A DNA stretch of 64,000 nt from the human T2T-CHM13v2.0 reference genome, Homo sapiens: the NCBI RefSeq assembly GCF_009914755.1, contig NC_060940.1, one strand, 5' to 3'. The first letter of the stretch is position 1; each line of letters begins with the position of its first letter. A program made the translations under genes and the position numbers. The notes under the pieces are model-generated. The model saw nothing but the letters and a program-made list of their open reading frames with translations, did no database searches and had not been told where the DNA came from. This document shows, piece after piece, positions 1-18,557 of this stretch.

Positions 1-529
1 GGGTGCTATTTTAAATTCATGTTCCTAGGCCCATCCCCTGTGAATCTGGTTAAATAAGTCCAGGGCCAGACCCAGGAATCTGCATTAGGCACACCGAGGA
101 TTCTGGGATGGGTGGCTCTCAAACATACCCACCTGGATACATGAACTGCTGCCTCCCAGATCTCTGATTGCAGCCCTGGTGACTTCTCGAGCTCCTGGCC
201 TCTCCTCCCAGCTGTCCACTGGCTACTAGAATGTTCCAACACAGACTAACAAGGACCACTCTGAGTTCAACATCTTTCCCCCAGAAGTGCTTCTTCACCT
301 GACTCACCAGACCACCAGCCTGAGTGTCACCCTGATGATCCCTGTCCCTACCCCACATCTTGACCACCAGCAAGGCGGGCCGATTCTACCTCCCCTGTGC
401 CTCTGGGCCCCTTTCCTCCGTCATCCCTGCCAGTGCCTTGGTCTGATCTCCTATCCTACTTCCACCCCAACAACCCAGCCTCCATCACTGCCCTGAGCAA
501 AATCCTTCCATGGTGACCGAACTCTGGAA

Positions 530-725
530 CTGCCCTGCCCAATGCCACAGCCACATGTGGCTATTTACATTCAAATTAATTAAATAATATCAAAACATTT
601 GTCCCTCAGGCGCCCTGGCCACATTTCAGACATTTAATCACCACAGGTGGCTGAGGCCACCGTGCTGCACAGCACAGATAAAGGCACAGCCCCATCCTCA
701 TAGAAGGTTCAGTGGACAATGCACC
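530..725. mobile_element. MER33/MER3-like hAT-Charlie DNA transposon relic
   Basis: agccacatgtggctattta...ggccacatttca...cagcacagata motifs. Confidence 0.55.
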
Positions 726-992
726 TCCAGAGCTTGGAGCTTGGTTGCTAAGTGCTGCAGGGTCTGGCCCCGATCTCCACGCAGGCCACTTCCCAGCACC
801 TGGGTCTTGAGCCACATGGAACCACCCTAAATTCATGACCTTACCTCCAAGCCTCCCCATGGTATATCTACCCTTCCCAGCCTAACCAACTCCTACCCTA
901 CCTGTGGGTCCCAGCTTAGCTGGTACCTCCTTCTCTGGCCAGGATAGGAGCCCCAGCTTCTGCCTATCCCAGCGTTTAAAATACTGAGTTCT

Positions 993-1573
<581 letters not shown>

Positions 1574-1780
1574 CTAGATTGGGCAATCTGTAAAGGCAGG
1601 AGTGGGGTCCTGAACACTGCATTTCCCCAGCCACTAGCCCAGAGTTGAGCATACAGTAGATACTCAATAGAAATTGAACACATATGAGTTCAGATGTTCT
1701 AGAAGATTCTTTACCCAGGATTCCAGTTCTTTTGGAATCTTCATTTGCAGTGTCTTCCCTTAAAGATAATCATTGGCCAT

Positions 1781-3137
<1,357 letters not shown>

Positions 3138-3981
3138 GTCTATTACTTTCTGGGGTTTATTAGGTTTGAATCAGAGAGTTTGATTTTAAAAACAGAGACT
3201 TTACAAGGAATGGCATTTGGGTGCCAGGGCTCGTCCCATGCCTACTGGCTCTGATAGCTGGAAGCAGAACTGGGTGGGTGAGTGAGGCTGAGCTGTGGGT
3301 GTTTCTAGAAGTGGCTGCCGCCTGGGCCATCGGCAACCACGTTCACAGGTCATCCCTCATGCCTTGGTCATGCCACCTTCTGGGATGCTAGAGGTCTCAG
3401 GCAGTTAAGTGACTTGACCCAGGACAAGTCTGTCTAGCTAGACTCAGCAGGGATTAGAATAAAACTCCAAGCTCTCTTCCACTTGTCCAGCCCACTGCCA
3501 AGCTTGCTCCCCTCTGGCCTCAGTGGCTTTCTCTGATCTTACAACATAGCCCCAGGGCCTTTGCGCTTGCTGTTCCTTCAGCTTGGAACACTCTCCCTCT
3601 GGAGTCTCCCATGGCTGGCTGCTTCTCATCATTCTGGTCTCAGCTCAAATGCCACCTCCTCAGAGAGGCCCTCCATGGCTGCACTAAGGCAAGTGGCCTT
3701 CTCTAGTTACCTTCTCTTTCATCACAGGGCTGATTTTCTTCTCACATTCAATTATCTCATTAATCTCCTTGCCTGTTCAACATCAACTCCACCCCTTCTT
3801 CCTCCCTCTCCCAATGCAGGCTCCAGGAGGGCAGGGACTTTGTCTGATGTGTCCACAGATATGTCCCCAGCCCCAGACCTGGCACACAGTAGGTGCTCAA
3901 TATATTTTGAATGAATGAGTGAGTAAATGAATGAATTTGCAGCTTTGGGGAACGCCTGACCCAAGCTCCATCCCAACACAC

Positions 3982-4061
3982 CTGATCTTGGCTTTCCTAA
4001 AGGCCAGCTCCTCCTCGTTTCCAAAGTCCAGGGACACATCCTCGGTATCGTCCACCAGGGC
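3982..4061 (-). CDS. TVP23A: TVP23A exon 2 (80 nt, ALVDDTEDVSLDFGNEEELAFRKAKI-R)
   Basis: Pyrimidine-rich acceptor ...ctctcctcccag|GCC at 4063-4062 and donor ATCAG|gtgtgt at 3981-3980. The peptide is embedded in ORF 3897..4391. The gene continues off the left edge. Confidence 0.93.
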
Positions 4062-4079
4062 CTGGGAGGAGAGCAAGGG

Positions 4080-4930
4080 CAGGTGGCAGGCCCAAGCACG
4101 GCGCACACCCCAACCCCACCCGCCCTGTCCTCCTGGGCTTGGACTCCACTTGCACCCCACCGGGTTCCCAAGTGGACCCTCCGAGCTGGCGGGGCCCCTC
4201 CGCTGCGGCTGCAGTGCAAAGCCCTCTCCACCCTCCCGACCACCGGGTGCAGCCCAGCCCCAGGCCCCGGCGCATCCCTCCTCCTCCTCCCGGCTTCTCC
4301 AGCGCTCCCGCAGGCTCCCCTCGTCCCGCCCCGCCTCCAGCCCCAGCATCCCCGAGGCCCTACCTGCTTCATCACCCTCCCAGGAGCCCACCTGGCGCCC
4401 AGGCCCGGGGCTTCAGCTCCGCCCGTCGCCGCTGAAGGGGTCGGACGCCGGGCGGGCGGATGTAGGCAGCAGACGGTGGACGCTGAGGGTCGGGGCCTGC
4501 GCCCTGTGGGGCAGCCTCAGCGCAGCTTCTCGGGTGGGGCGGGGCGCTCGGGGCCTAAGGCGCAGTCGCAGGCTGGGGAGGGGGCTCGGCTCGCCGGGGA
4601 CGCGCCCAGGAGAGAAAGCGGCGGCAGGGAGGCAACGGCCTGGGGAACTGCGGACAGAGATAGTGGGAGGAATGGGAGTCGGGGGCGGGGGGCGGCTGCG
4701 TCAGCGAATGGTGTGGACGGCGCATAAACGTGGATGTAGCGAATGATAAGGCAGTGAATGAATGTCAGTGGTGGGCAGCCGCATTCAGGGTTGGGAGAAG
4801 GTCAGTGTTTCCCAACAGTCTCTGCGCGCAAGAAATTCCCAGGAACCTTGTGAAAAGCAGATTCTCAGGCCCGGCCCGGGGGATGTGGAAGGCCTGGAGT
4901 GGGGCCCTAGAATCTGCCTTCCCCGCGCCC
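4080..4930 (-). promoter_or_regulatory. TVP23A: CpG island: TVP23A promoter, 5'UTR and intron 1
   Basis: Dense CpG and high GC with several GC boxes (ccgccc/gggcgg), surrounding the first coding exon. The exact TSS cannot be determined from sequence. Confidence 0.85.
4364..4372 (-). CDS. TVP23A: TVP23A (FAM18A) coding part of exon 1, encodes MKQ
   Basis: Minus strand reads GTG ATG AAG CAG|gtaggg, a canonical donor at 4363-4362. Joined to the next exon it gives MKQALVDDTEDVSLDFGNEEELAFRKAKIR, the recognised N-terminus of the Golgi membrane protein TVP23A. Lies in a CpG island. Confidence 0.92.
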
Positions 4931-5110
4931 CCACCCCCCACGACAAAATGCAGTTAGGATGGGCCCTGCTGTGTTCTTTTTTGGGGGGTGGGGTGGGGAA
5001 GGCAGATTCTAGGGCCCCACTCCAGGCCTTCCACATCCCCCGGGCCGGGCCTGAGAATCTGCTTTTCACAAGGTTCCTGGGAATTTCTTGCGTGCAGAGA
5101 TTGTTGGGAA
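4809..5110. repeat. Near-perfect inverted repeat, arms 4809-4924 and 4995-5110 (MER5A-like sequence)
   Basis: 116-bp arms are reverse complements with 2 mismatches and a 70-bp spacer. The ORF track shows identical peptides on opposite strands (QEIPRNLVKSRFSGPARGMWKAWSGALESAFP). Confidence 0.95.
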
Positions 5111-5897
5111 CATTCTCTGCACCTAGGCTGGAGAGCACTGGTGCCATCGTAGCTCACTGTGGCCTCAAACTCCAGGGCTCAAGCAGTCCTCCCGCCTCAG
5201 CCTCCCGAAAAGCTGGGACCACAGGCTGCACCACCACACCTAGCTAAATTTTTATTTTTGTAGAGAGGAGGGTCTCACTATGTCGCCCCGGCTAGTCTTG
5301 AACACCGAGGTTCAAGCCATCCTCCTGCCTCAGCCTCCCAAAGTGTTGGGATTACAGGAGTGAGCCACCACACCCGGCCTCACCTGCCTTTTAAGGGGTG
5401 GCGCTGCTATAGCCACAGCTTCAGAACCACAGTGAGATCTGCGTGCATCGCCGTGCCAGGCACTTATTAAGCGCAAAGTTATTAGTAGTATTAATACTAT
5501 TATTGACAGTAATAGTAGTGTTTCTTGAAGTGAAAGTCTTCCTGGGTACCTCCCAGGAAAGAAAACTTGTCACCTGAGGGTCTTTCCTGGCCCAGGACAC
5601 AGTGACTCTCCTCTCCTGCGTGCCCTCTCCCTGTCCTGATCCCCCACCCACGGACAGAGGGCTGAGCATCGAGATGCCAAAGCCAGTGACCCTGCCCTTT
5701 GCCCTCCCACCATGGACAATAGGTACGTGTCCCCTGCCCCTGGTGACCCCAAAGAGGGCTCCTGGGCCACAAGCCCCTGACACATTTTCCCCACTGCTGG
5801 TCTCCATGGGCGGAGGTGGAGGCAGGAGCTGTCTCATCTCTGATCCTGGGCCTGGGTTCCAGGCTTTCTGTCCTCCGCCCCCACCCCAATTCCCTAA

Positions 5898-6203
<306 letters not shown>

Positions 6204-6296
6204 TGATCCACCCACCTTGGCCTCCCAAAGAGCTGGGATTACAGGCATGAACCACTGCACCCAGCCTCTACTATGCGATCTTCAGGAACCAAGATT

Positions 6297-6329
6297 TATA
6301 TATATACAATGTGTATATATGTGTGTGTG

Positions 6330-6416
<87 letters not shown>

Positions 6417-6436
6417 ATATGTATATGTATATATAT
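6297..6436. repeat. (TA)n/(TG)n microsatellite with a 30-bp higher-order unit
   Basis: gtatatgtatatatatatatatatatatat at 6361 and 6391, partial at 6421. Confidence 0.92.
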
Positions 6437-7886
6437 TTGCCAAACTCTGCTGCGATTTGGATAGCTTCTAAAAGACACACTGCCCAGATTGTGTTATGGA
6501 CCAATTAAATCAGGCTCTCTGGGGATGGGACCCTATACCAGTGCTTTTAAAGCTCCCAGGTGTTGGGCTGCAAGGTAAAGAACCAGTGATTTAAATGAGT
6601 GCTTCTGACCCCTCAATCTGCAAATGAGTCTCCTGGGGTTGGCTTAGAAGCTGGATGCTGACTCAGCGTTCTGGGGGTCTGGGGGTCTGGGCAGGGGCTG
6701 AGATTCTTTCTTCCTTTCTTTCCTTCCTTTCTTTTCTTTTCTCCTTCCTTCCTTCCTTTCTTTCTTTCTTGAGATGGAGTCAGTGGCTAGATCTCAGCTC
6801 ACTGCAACCTCCACCTCCTGGGTTCAACTGATTCTTGTGCCTCAGCCCCTTAAGTAGCTGGGACTACAGGAACATACCACCACGCCTGGCTAATTTTTGT
6901 GTTTTTAGTAGAGACAGGGTTTCACCATGTTGGCCAGGCTGGTCTCGAACTCCTGACCTCAAGTGATCTGCCTGCTTCAGCCTCCCAAAAGGCTGGAATT
7001 ACAGCCGTGAGCCACCACATCCGGCTGAGATCCTGCATTTCTGAGAGCCCGTGGGAGAAGCTGATGCTGCTGCTCCCTGGACCACCCTTTGAATTGTAAA
7101 GATCTAAACCACCAAGGCCTGGTTTTCTAGAAAGGCCTGTGAGCTCTTCCTGCCCAGAAGGGTGAACGGAGAGGCCCACTCCCAGCGGGGCCCCAGCAGC
7201 CTGGGAAGGGGATATTGGGAGGAAGGAGGCAGGAGGGCAGCTGGAGGGAAGAAGCCGTTGCAGAACATTTAGGGGCTTTTTCTCTGACCCTAAGAATCAC
7301 CAGCTGTTGGTGTCTGTTGAGTTGGGGTTCCTGGAGTCATGGGAAAACCCCCGTGGAATCCCCAGTCAGGACCAACTGTCATTCTCAGCCACTGGGTTGG
7401 AGGTTCCTCCAGAAATATCCTCAGCTCCTGCCATCTGGAGGTGGCTCTATAAATACAGGGTCACTTCCATCCCTCCTGACCTGTCCACATGGGGCAGAGG
7501 GCTGAGGATACAGATGCTGGGGCCACATATGAAGCCCTATTATTCCCTCCTTGGAAGAAAGCACCCTCCCTCTACACGTGGCCCAGACGGCCCTCTGTGG
7601 GGTCAGCTTCCTGAATCTGAGGGGTGGGCAGAGGGCCTGAGGGTTGCACAGAGAACTCATCTTGGTTTTAAAACTGGCTGCGGCAGAGACACCTGGTTGA
7701 AAGGTAGATTTTAGGCCGGGCACAGTGGCTCACACCTGTAATCCCAGCACTTTGGGAGGCCGAGGTGGGTAGATCACTTGAAGTCAGGAGTTTGAGATCA
7801 GCCTGGCCAATATGGCGAAACCCCATCTCTACTAAAAATACAAAAAATGAGCCGGGCATGGTGGCGCAAGCCTGTAATCTCAGCTA

Positions 7887-8043
<157 letters not shown>

Positions 8044-9194
8044 TCACTCTAGGTTTTCTGAACCTCCAGGGTTGCGGCTTGGAGATCTGCCTTAATAAGA
8101 GCCGCAGAGAGGGCTTGGAAGCCCGACCTTTGGGAAACACTGGCCCTCTCCCCTCCCCCTACCCACACTGGTCTTGGCCCCTGAAGGATTTGGGGAGTAG
8201 ACCTGTGAGAAGCAACCCCATCTCCGATCCCTGCAGCTGGGCTTGGGACCTTGAAGCCAGAACAACCCCAGGGAAGGAGGTCCAGGCTCAGGTAGCCACT
8301 GGCCTCTGGCTGACCTTGGAGGTCAACATCTGGAGTCTGCAGGCTTTGTTGGGGAGGGGACAGGTCACCTTAGGCAGGGGACTTCACCTCTCTGGCCTCA
8401 GTCTCCACATCTGTAAAGTGGCGCCATACTTTCCCCCTACCTGGCAAGGATGATGAAGGACCAGAGAAAACATGTCAGATTCCTTTCTCTGAATAGGGGC
8501 TCAGGAAACAGCGGCCTTGTTGACAGTGACTTAAGGTCATCAGCAGAGGGGTCTCGGGTCAGGAGCCCCCATGGGCCAGCAGCACACAGGACAGGAGCCT
8601 CGTGTCAGGGGCCTCTGCTGGGGATATCTGTCTTCCCAGCAGAACAGGGCTGGCCTTTCCTGAGTGGCTCCTGTTGGCCTCACACTGCGTGCCCCCGGGA
8701 CATAGGGCACCTGGACAGAGGTACACACACAGTCTTTCTCTCCAGTGACCCCAGGAGTCCTGGACCAGGAGGCAGAGGCTTGGGTGTGAATTCTGGCAAA
8801 CACAGGTCAGGGTGCTGGAACCCAGAGGCTGGAGGAGAACATTCGGCCAGGGGAGGAAGGAGACGTCAGTCTGGCAGGACCATGGCAGGCTGTAAGACAC
8901 GCAGAGTGTTTGACTCTTTAGCTGCGAGCAAAGGGCAGTTGGCATAGAGGGTCAGTGGGGAGTGGAAAGAGTTTGACTACATCTGGGGCCTGAAAAGGCC
9001 CAAGATGCACTCCGTGTCCCCACCAGGCAGGATGGAAGTGGCAGCCCCCAAACCTGTCACACCAAAGCCAGCAGCTGCTCATCACCCTCAGCCCAGCATT
9101 CCTATGAGTGGCACTCCCTACGATCCCACTGGCCCCTAAGATCTGCACCCCACTCCCTGGCATCTGACGACGATCCTGTCATTTCTCCCCAGGT

Positions 9195-10007
<813 letters not shown>

Positions 10008-10010
10008 TAT

Positions 10011-11475
<1,465 letters not shown>

Positions 11476-12094
11476 GTATGACTCCAGGCCAGGGGACATC
11501 CAGGCCCACGAGGTTGGGGGGCTCCCACCCTCCTGTTTGTATGGCTGCCCCTGTGACTGTCACACTGCTGCCTGTTTCACAGAGGCTCCTTTCAGGTGAC
11601 CTAGTCCAGTCCTTCTTCAGGCTGGCAGCCAGTGCAGGTTACCCAGGAGGGCGGAGCAGAGGGCCAAGGGAAGAAGGAGGGTCCCCTCCCGTGGGCTGCC
11701 TTCAGGGCCCCATCCACCTTGTCAGGCGCAGGGAGTGGTACATGGAAATAGCCCTGGATTTCTACCCAGACAGACCTGGGTGCAAATCCTGACACCAGCT
11801 GTGCCCAGCACGCTGGTGTGGACATGGACGCAGCTCTTAGCAAGAGATATAAGCTGCTGATTGCTGACCCTCTTTAGGCCAACTTTCTAGTTACAGACAA
11901 ATAAATACAGCCAAGTGAAAAAACAACAAACTAGAGCTTGTCAAAAGTGCACTAAATGCCCCCATGCAAAGCTGTGCTGTCTAATCCAGGAACCACAAGT
12001 CATTACTGAGCCCTTGAAATGGGGTAAGGCTGGATGGAGATGGGCTATCAGGGCAAAGTACACAGCAGAGATTGAAGACTTGTTAGGAATAAAA

Positions 12095-13606
<1,512 letters not shown>

Positions 13607-14646
13607 GCTAATTTTATTTTTTGTAGAGACAGGATGCCAGAAGCACAGAGAGGGGAAATTCCAGACCAGGGAACAAAAGGGACAGCCAAGTTTTGATGTG
13701 GCCCGCCTGGCCTCCCCAGCAACACACCCTGTCACCAGGGACGTGGAGAAGTCAGCAAACAGGCCAAAGAAGGCCTCTTGTCACTCAAGGGCCTGGACAA
13801 GAGACAGAAATGTCAGGTCAACAGGGCCTTCTCTGCGGCCAGCCGGGATGGGGGACAGTGGCTGTGACCCCAGTGGACAGGATGGGCCCTGGACCTCTGC
13901 CTCCTGTTGGAGCAGCCAGAGGTCGGCAGGCCCCTCCCATGGAGGCAGGGCTGGGGAGGTCATGACACTGGTCGCTCCCTTAGCAGCCGGGGGGTCTGAA
14001 GCTTGTCCCTACTAGAGAAAGTGACCTAGCCGGGCCCTGCTTGGTCAGGAACTGCGGATCTTTCCCACTTCTCCCTGCACCACTCATCATGCTCTGACCA
14101 CAATGGCCAGACTCCAAGATTTTCAGAAACTTCCAAGCCTCTTCCTGGCTCAGGGCCTTCGCTCCTGCTGACTCCCTGGCCAGGAAAGCCCTTCTCCTCC
14201 TGATTTTCTCAGGGCTGAAAATATGAGGTCTCCCCGCAAGGGGCCTTCCCTGAAGCCCAGCTCATGTCCCACCCAGTTTCTCAGTCCCTCTTGAGGGTCT
14301 GGGATCTAGACTGTGGCCTGACATGTTTGTTCCCTTTCTAGCACTTTCTACGATCTCTAATTCTCTTGTTTTCTTATTGGTTTAGTAAGATTCCCCTCCC
14401 CATGCCTCCACTAGGGTACTGTCTCCATAAGGGCAGGCGTCTCTTAAGTTCATAGAGCATGGGGCCAGGTACACAGCTGGCATTCCACAAGCCAGCCAGA
14501 GAGTGGGTGAACAAAGGGATGAGCGACTCAGAACACACGCCTGGCAGCGAATCTCTGCAGAGTCCCCTGATGAGGACCTTACAATTCAGGGGACACAGAG
14601 ACCTGGATTATTGCCTCCCGAGGGGTCTGGTCTCAATCTAGTTCTC

Positions 14647-14651
<5 letters not shown>

Positions 14652-14692
<41 letters not shown>
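14652..14692. repeat. (CA)n microsatellite (others at 2809-2841 and 32592-32617)
   Basis: Direct reading of the sequence. Confidence 0.95.
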
Positions 14693-14694
<2 letters not shown>

Positions 14695-14769
14695 CACCTT
14701 TCAGCACAGGCCCACCTGTCCCCATCCCTCCCAAAACGCCCTGCCCTGCATGTCAACATGGAGGACGCA

Positions 14770-15130
14770 TTTAAGCTATGAGGCGGGGAGCCCAGAGTAG
14801 CCGCTGCAGCATGCCTGGCCCTCCGCCGCAGGGAGGTTGGGTTGGGGCGGGCAGCGGGACTTAGATTACCCAGGACCCGATTTGGGAGCCCTGGGGGCCT
14901 CTTGCAGGAGGAGCCCAAGCAATGGCTGGCTGCCTGCCCTAGCAGGTCTGCGAGCCAGCAGGCAGGCTGCCACCACTTACGGGAAATGCTCCACTGAGGA
15001 GAAAGAGTGGTAGGTTGTTTAGCCCAGCCCTGGCCCCTGTCCAGACTGGGTCAGGAAGCTTTGCCCTGTGCCAGCGTCGCCCACGCAGGCTCAGTTCCTC
15101 CCCAGACGGCTTGTCCAGAGACCCACAAGG
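14770..15130. promoter_or_regulatory. Candidate distal IFN-gamma enhancer with a high-affinity GAS
   Basis: TTACGGGAAATG at 14977-14988 (reverse complement CATTTCCCGTAA) in a GC-box-rich unique segment, 48 kb upstream of pIII. Confidence 0.6.
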
Positions 15131-15360
15131 CAAGCCGGGGAGTCACTGCCCATCTCTCTCCTTCCTGTGTATCCAAAGCAACAACAACAAAAACCAAAAC
15201 AGCAGTTTGTGGACTCAGACACTTTGCAGTCAGCGTGCTTTGAAGCTCAGCTCTGCCTCTTATCAGCCGGGAAATAAATAGCTTGGACAAGTTACTAAAC
15301 CTCTCTGAACCTCAGTTTCCTTCAGTGTGAAATGAGAATCATGACCTGTTTTAAGGGCCG

Positions 15361-16397
15361 TGAAGGGGTGGCCTGCCCCTCCACACCTGTGGGTATTTCT
15401 AGTCGGATGGGACAAGAGACTGAGAAAAGAAATAAGACACAGAGACAAAGTATAGAGAAATAACAGTGGGCCCAGGGGACCCGCGCTCAGCATACCAAGG
15501 ACCTGCACCGGGCACCGGCACCGGTCTCTGAGTTCCCTCAGTTTTTATTGATTATTATCTTCATTATTTCAGCAAAAAGGAATGCAGTAGGAGGGCAGGG
15601 TGATAATAAGGAGAAGATCAGCAATAAACATGTGAGCAATAGAATCTATGTCATAATGAAGTTCAAGGGAAGGTACTATGACTGGACGTGCACGTAAGCC
15701 AGATTTATGTTTCTCTCCACCCAAACATCTCAGTGGAGTAAAGAATAACAAGGCAGCATTGCTGCAAACATGTCTCGCCTCCCACCATAGGGCGGTATTT
15801 CTCTCATCTCAGAAATGAACAAATGTACAATCAGGTTTTATACCGAGACATTCGGTTCCCAGGGGCAGGCAGGAGACAGTGGCCTTCCTCTATCTCAGCT
15901 GCTAGAGGCTTTCCTCTCTTACTAGTCCACCTCAGCACAGACCCTTTACGGGTGTCGGGCTGGGGGACAGTCAGGTCTTTCTCATCCCACGAGACCGTAT
16001 TTCAGACTATCACATGGGGAGAAACCTTGGACAATACCCAGCTTTCAAGGGCAGAGGTCCCTGTGGCTTTCCATAGTGCATTGTGCCCCTGGTTTATTGA
16101 GACTAGAGAATGGCAACAACTTTTACCAAGTATACTGCTTGTAAACGTTTTGTTAACAAGGCAGGTCCTGCACAGCCCTAGATCCCTTAAACCTTGATTT
16201 CATACAACACATGTTTTTGTGAGCTCCAGGTTGGGTCAAAGTGGCTGGGGCAAAGTGGCTGGGGCAAAGCTACAAATTAACAACATCTCAGCAAAGCAAT
16301 TGTTTAAAGTACAGGTCTTTTTCAAAATGGAGTCTCTTATGTCTTTCCTTTCTACATAGACACAGTAACAGTCTGATCTCTCTTTCTTTTCCCTACA
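15361..16397 (-). mobile_element. HERV-K(HML-2) solo LTR, LTR5A-type (1037 bp)
   Basis: Minus strand starts TGTAGGGAAAAGAAAGAGAGATCAGACTG and ends GCCACCCCTTCA. 6-bp TSD gggccg/gggctg. TATAAAA at 15842-15836 and AATAAA at 15549-15544. It interrupts a MIR. Confidence 0.88.
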
Positions 16398-16411
16398 GGG
16401 CTGTTGGATAG

Positions 16412-16609
<198 letters not shown>

Positions 16610-17614
16610 TAGAGACAAGGTCTTGCTATGCAGCCCAGGGTGGTCTGGAATAGACTCAAGTGATCCTCCTGCCTCAGCCTCCCAAAGTGCTAGGAGTACA
16701 GGCATGAGCCCCTGGGTCTGGCTAGGAGTTAATGTTTTATCACATACTCAGCACATTGCATGCACATAGTAAGTGTTTGCTAAATAAATTATGTCAAGCC
16801 ACCTTTATTTTCACTCCAGGAGGTAAAGTGCATGGCATGATACCCATTTTACAGATCAGGTGATTGAGGCTCAGAGAGGTTTTGAAGCAGGTGCATACAG
16901 CAAACCAGTGGTAGACCCATGAGTAGATATCAGGTCTCCACCTGCTCCCTGCTCATAGCTTTTCCCATCACACAAAACTGGGGTGCACAGTCCCTGCCAA
17001 ACCTTTAACCCAAGGTTGCAAAGTGCCTGCCCAAGGGTCAACTCTGGGCTCCAGACATGTTTGGGTTGGACCTGCATAGTTAAAAAAAAAAATAGGCAGC
17101 GTTCATGGAGTTAATGGCCAGTATTGGAAAATTGGGGCCAAGTGTAGTAGCTCACGCCAGTAATTCCAGCACTTTGGGAGGCCAAGGCAGGAGGATCTCT
17201 TGAAGCCAGTTCAAGACCAGCCTGGGCAACAAAGCGAGACCTCATATCTATTTATAAAAAATAAAAATACTAACCAGGCGGGGCATGGTGGCCTGTGCCT
17301 GCAGTCCCTGCTACTTGGGAGGCTGTGGTGGGATCGCTTGAGCCCTGGAGTTCAAGCCTGCAGTGAGCTGTGATCACATCACTGCTCTCCAGCCTGGGTG
17401 ATAGAGTGAGACCCTGTCTCTTAAAAAGAAAGGAAAGAAAAGAAAAGAAAAATCAGATGTCACTTTTTTTTTGAAGTCTGTACTTCTGTTTTTTCTTAAG
17501 GAAGCTCAGGTGACATGGAGCCTGAATTCCCTGTGGTGGGAGCTGAGCGGTGCTATCCCCCCTTAGATGGGGTTGCAGAGTCGAGCTCACCACCCCCAGA
17601 CACCAGTGTGCTCA

Positions 17615-17989
<375 letters not shown>

Positions 17990-18149
17990 TCAGGTGGGAT
18001 TCCCCAGAAGCAGACCATACCCTGCATGAGGGTGCATGAGCACCTTAGGGATTAGGCAGGGCTCTGGGGAGGGTCGGAGAGATGGGCTGAGAGGCAGGGA
18101 GGCCACACAGGGGTGTGACAGCAGACAAAGGCCCTCAAAGGTGTATCAA

Positions 18150-18557
18150 AAAGTACCAAAAACTGAGTGGCTTAAAAATCAGAAATTCGTTGTCTCCCAG
18201 TTCTGGAGCCTGGAAGTCTGAGATTAATGTGTCTACAGAGCCCTGCTCCCTCTGCAGGCGCTAGGGAAGGATCTGTCCCCAGCATCTCTCCTAGTTTCTG
18301 GTATTTTCTAGGCTGTGGCTGCGTAATCCAATCTTCACATGATGTTCTCTCTGTATGCGTGTCTGTGTCCAAATTTCCCCTTTTTATAAGGACACCGGTC
18401 ATATTGGATTAGGGATCCACCCTACTCCAGTGTGACCTCATCTTTCTAATGATGTCTGCAATGACTCTATCCCCAAGTAGGGTCACATGTTAAGGTACAG
18501 GAAGTTAGGACTTCAATATAGGAATTTTGAGATGAAGGACATAGTCAACCCTTAACA
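18150..18557 (-). mobile_element. MLT1-type MaLR LTR
   Basis: aaactgagtggcttaaaa...cagttctggagcctggaagtc...ataaggacacc...ggattagg...accctta. Confidence 0.65.

Noticed and set aside
3752-4746. Several 160-270 aa ORFs on both strands
   Set aside because: They reflect stop-codon scarcity in a CpG island. Only the two short TVP23A exons have splice support and a recognisable peptide.
6271-6508. YIYIY-rich ORFs
   Set aside because: Translation of a (TA)n microsatellite.
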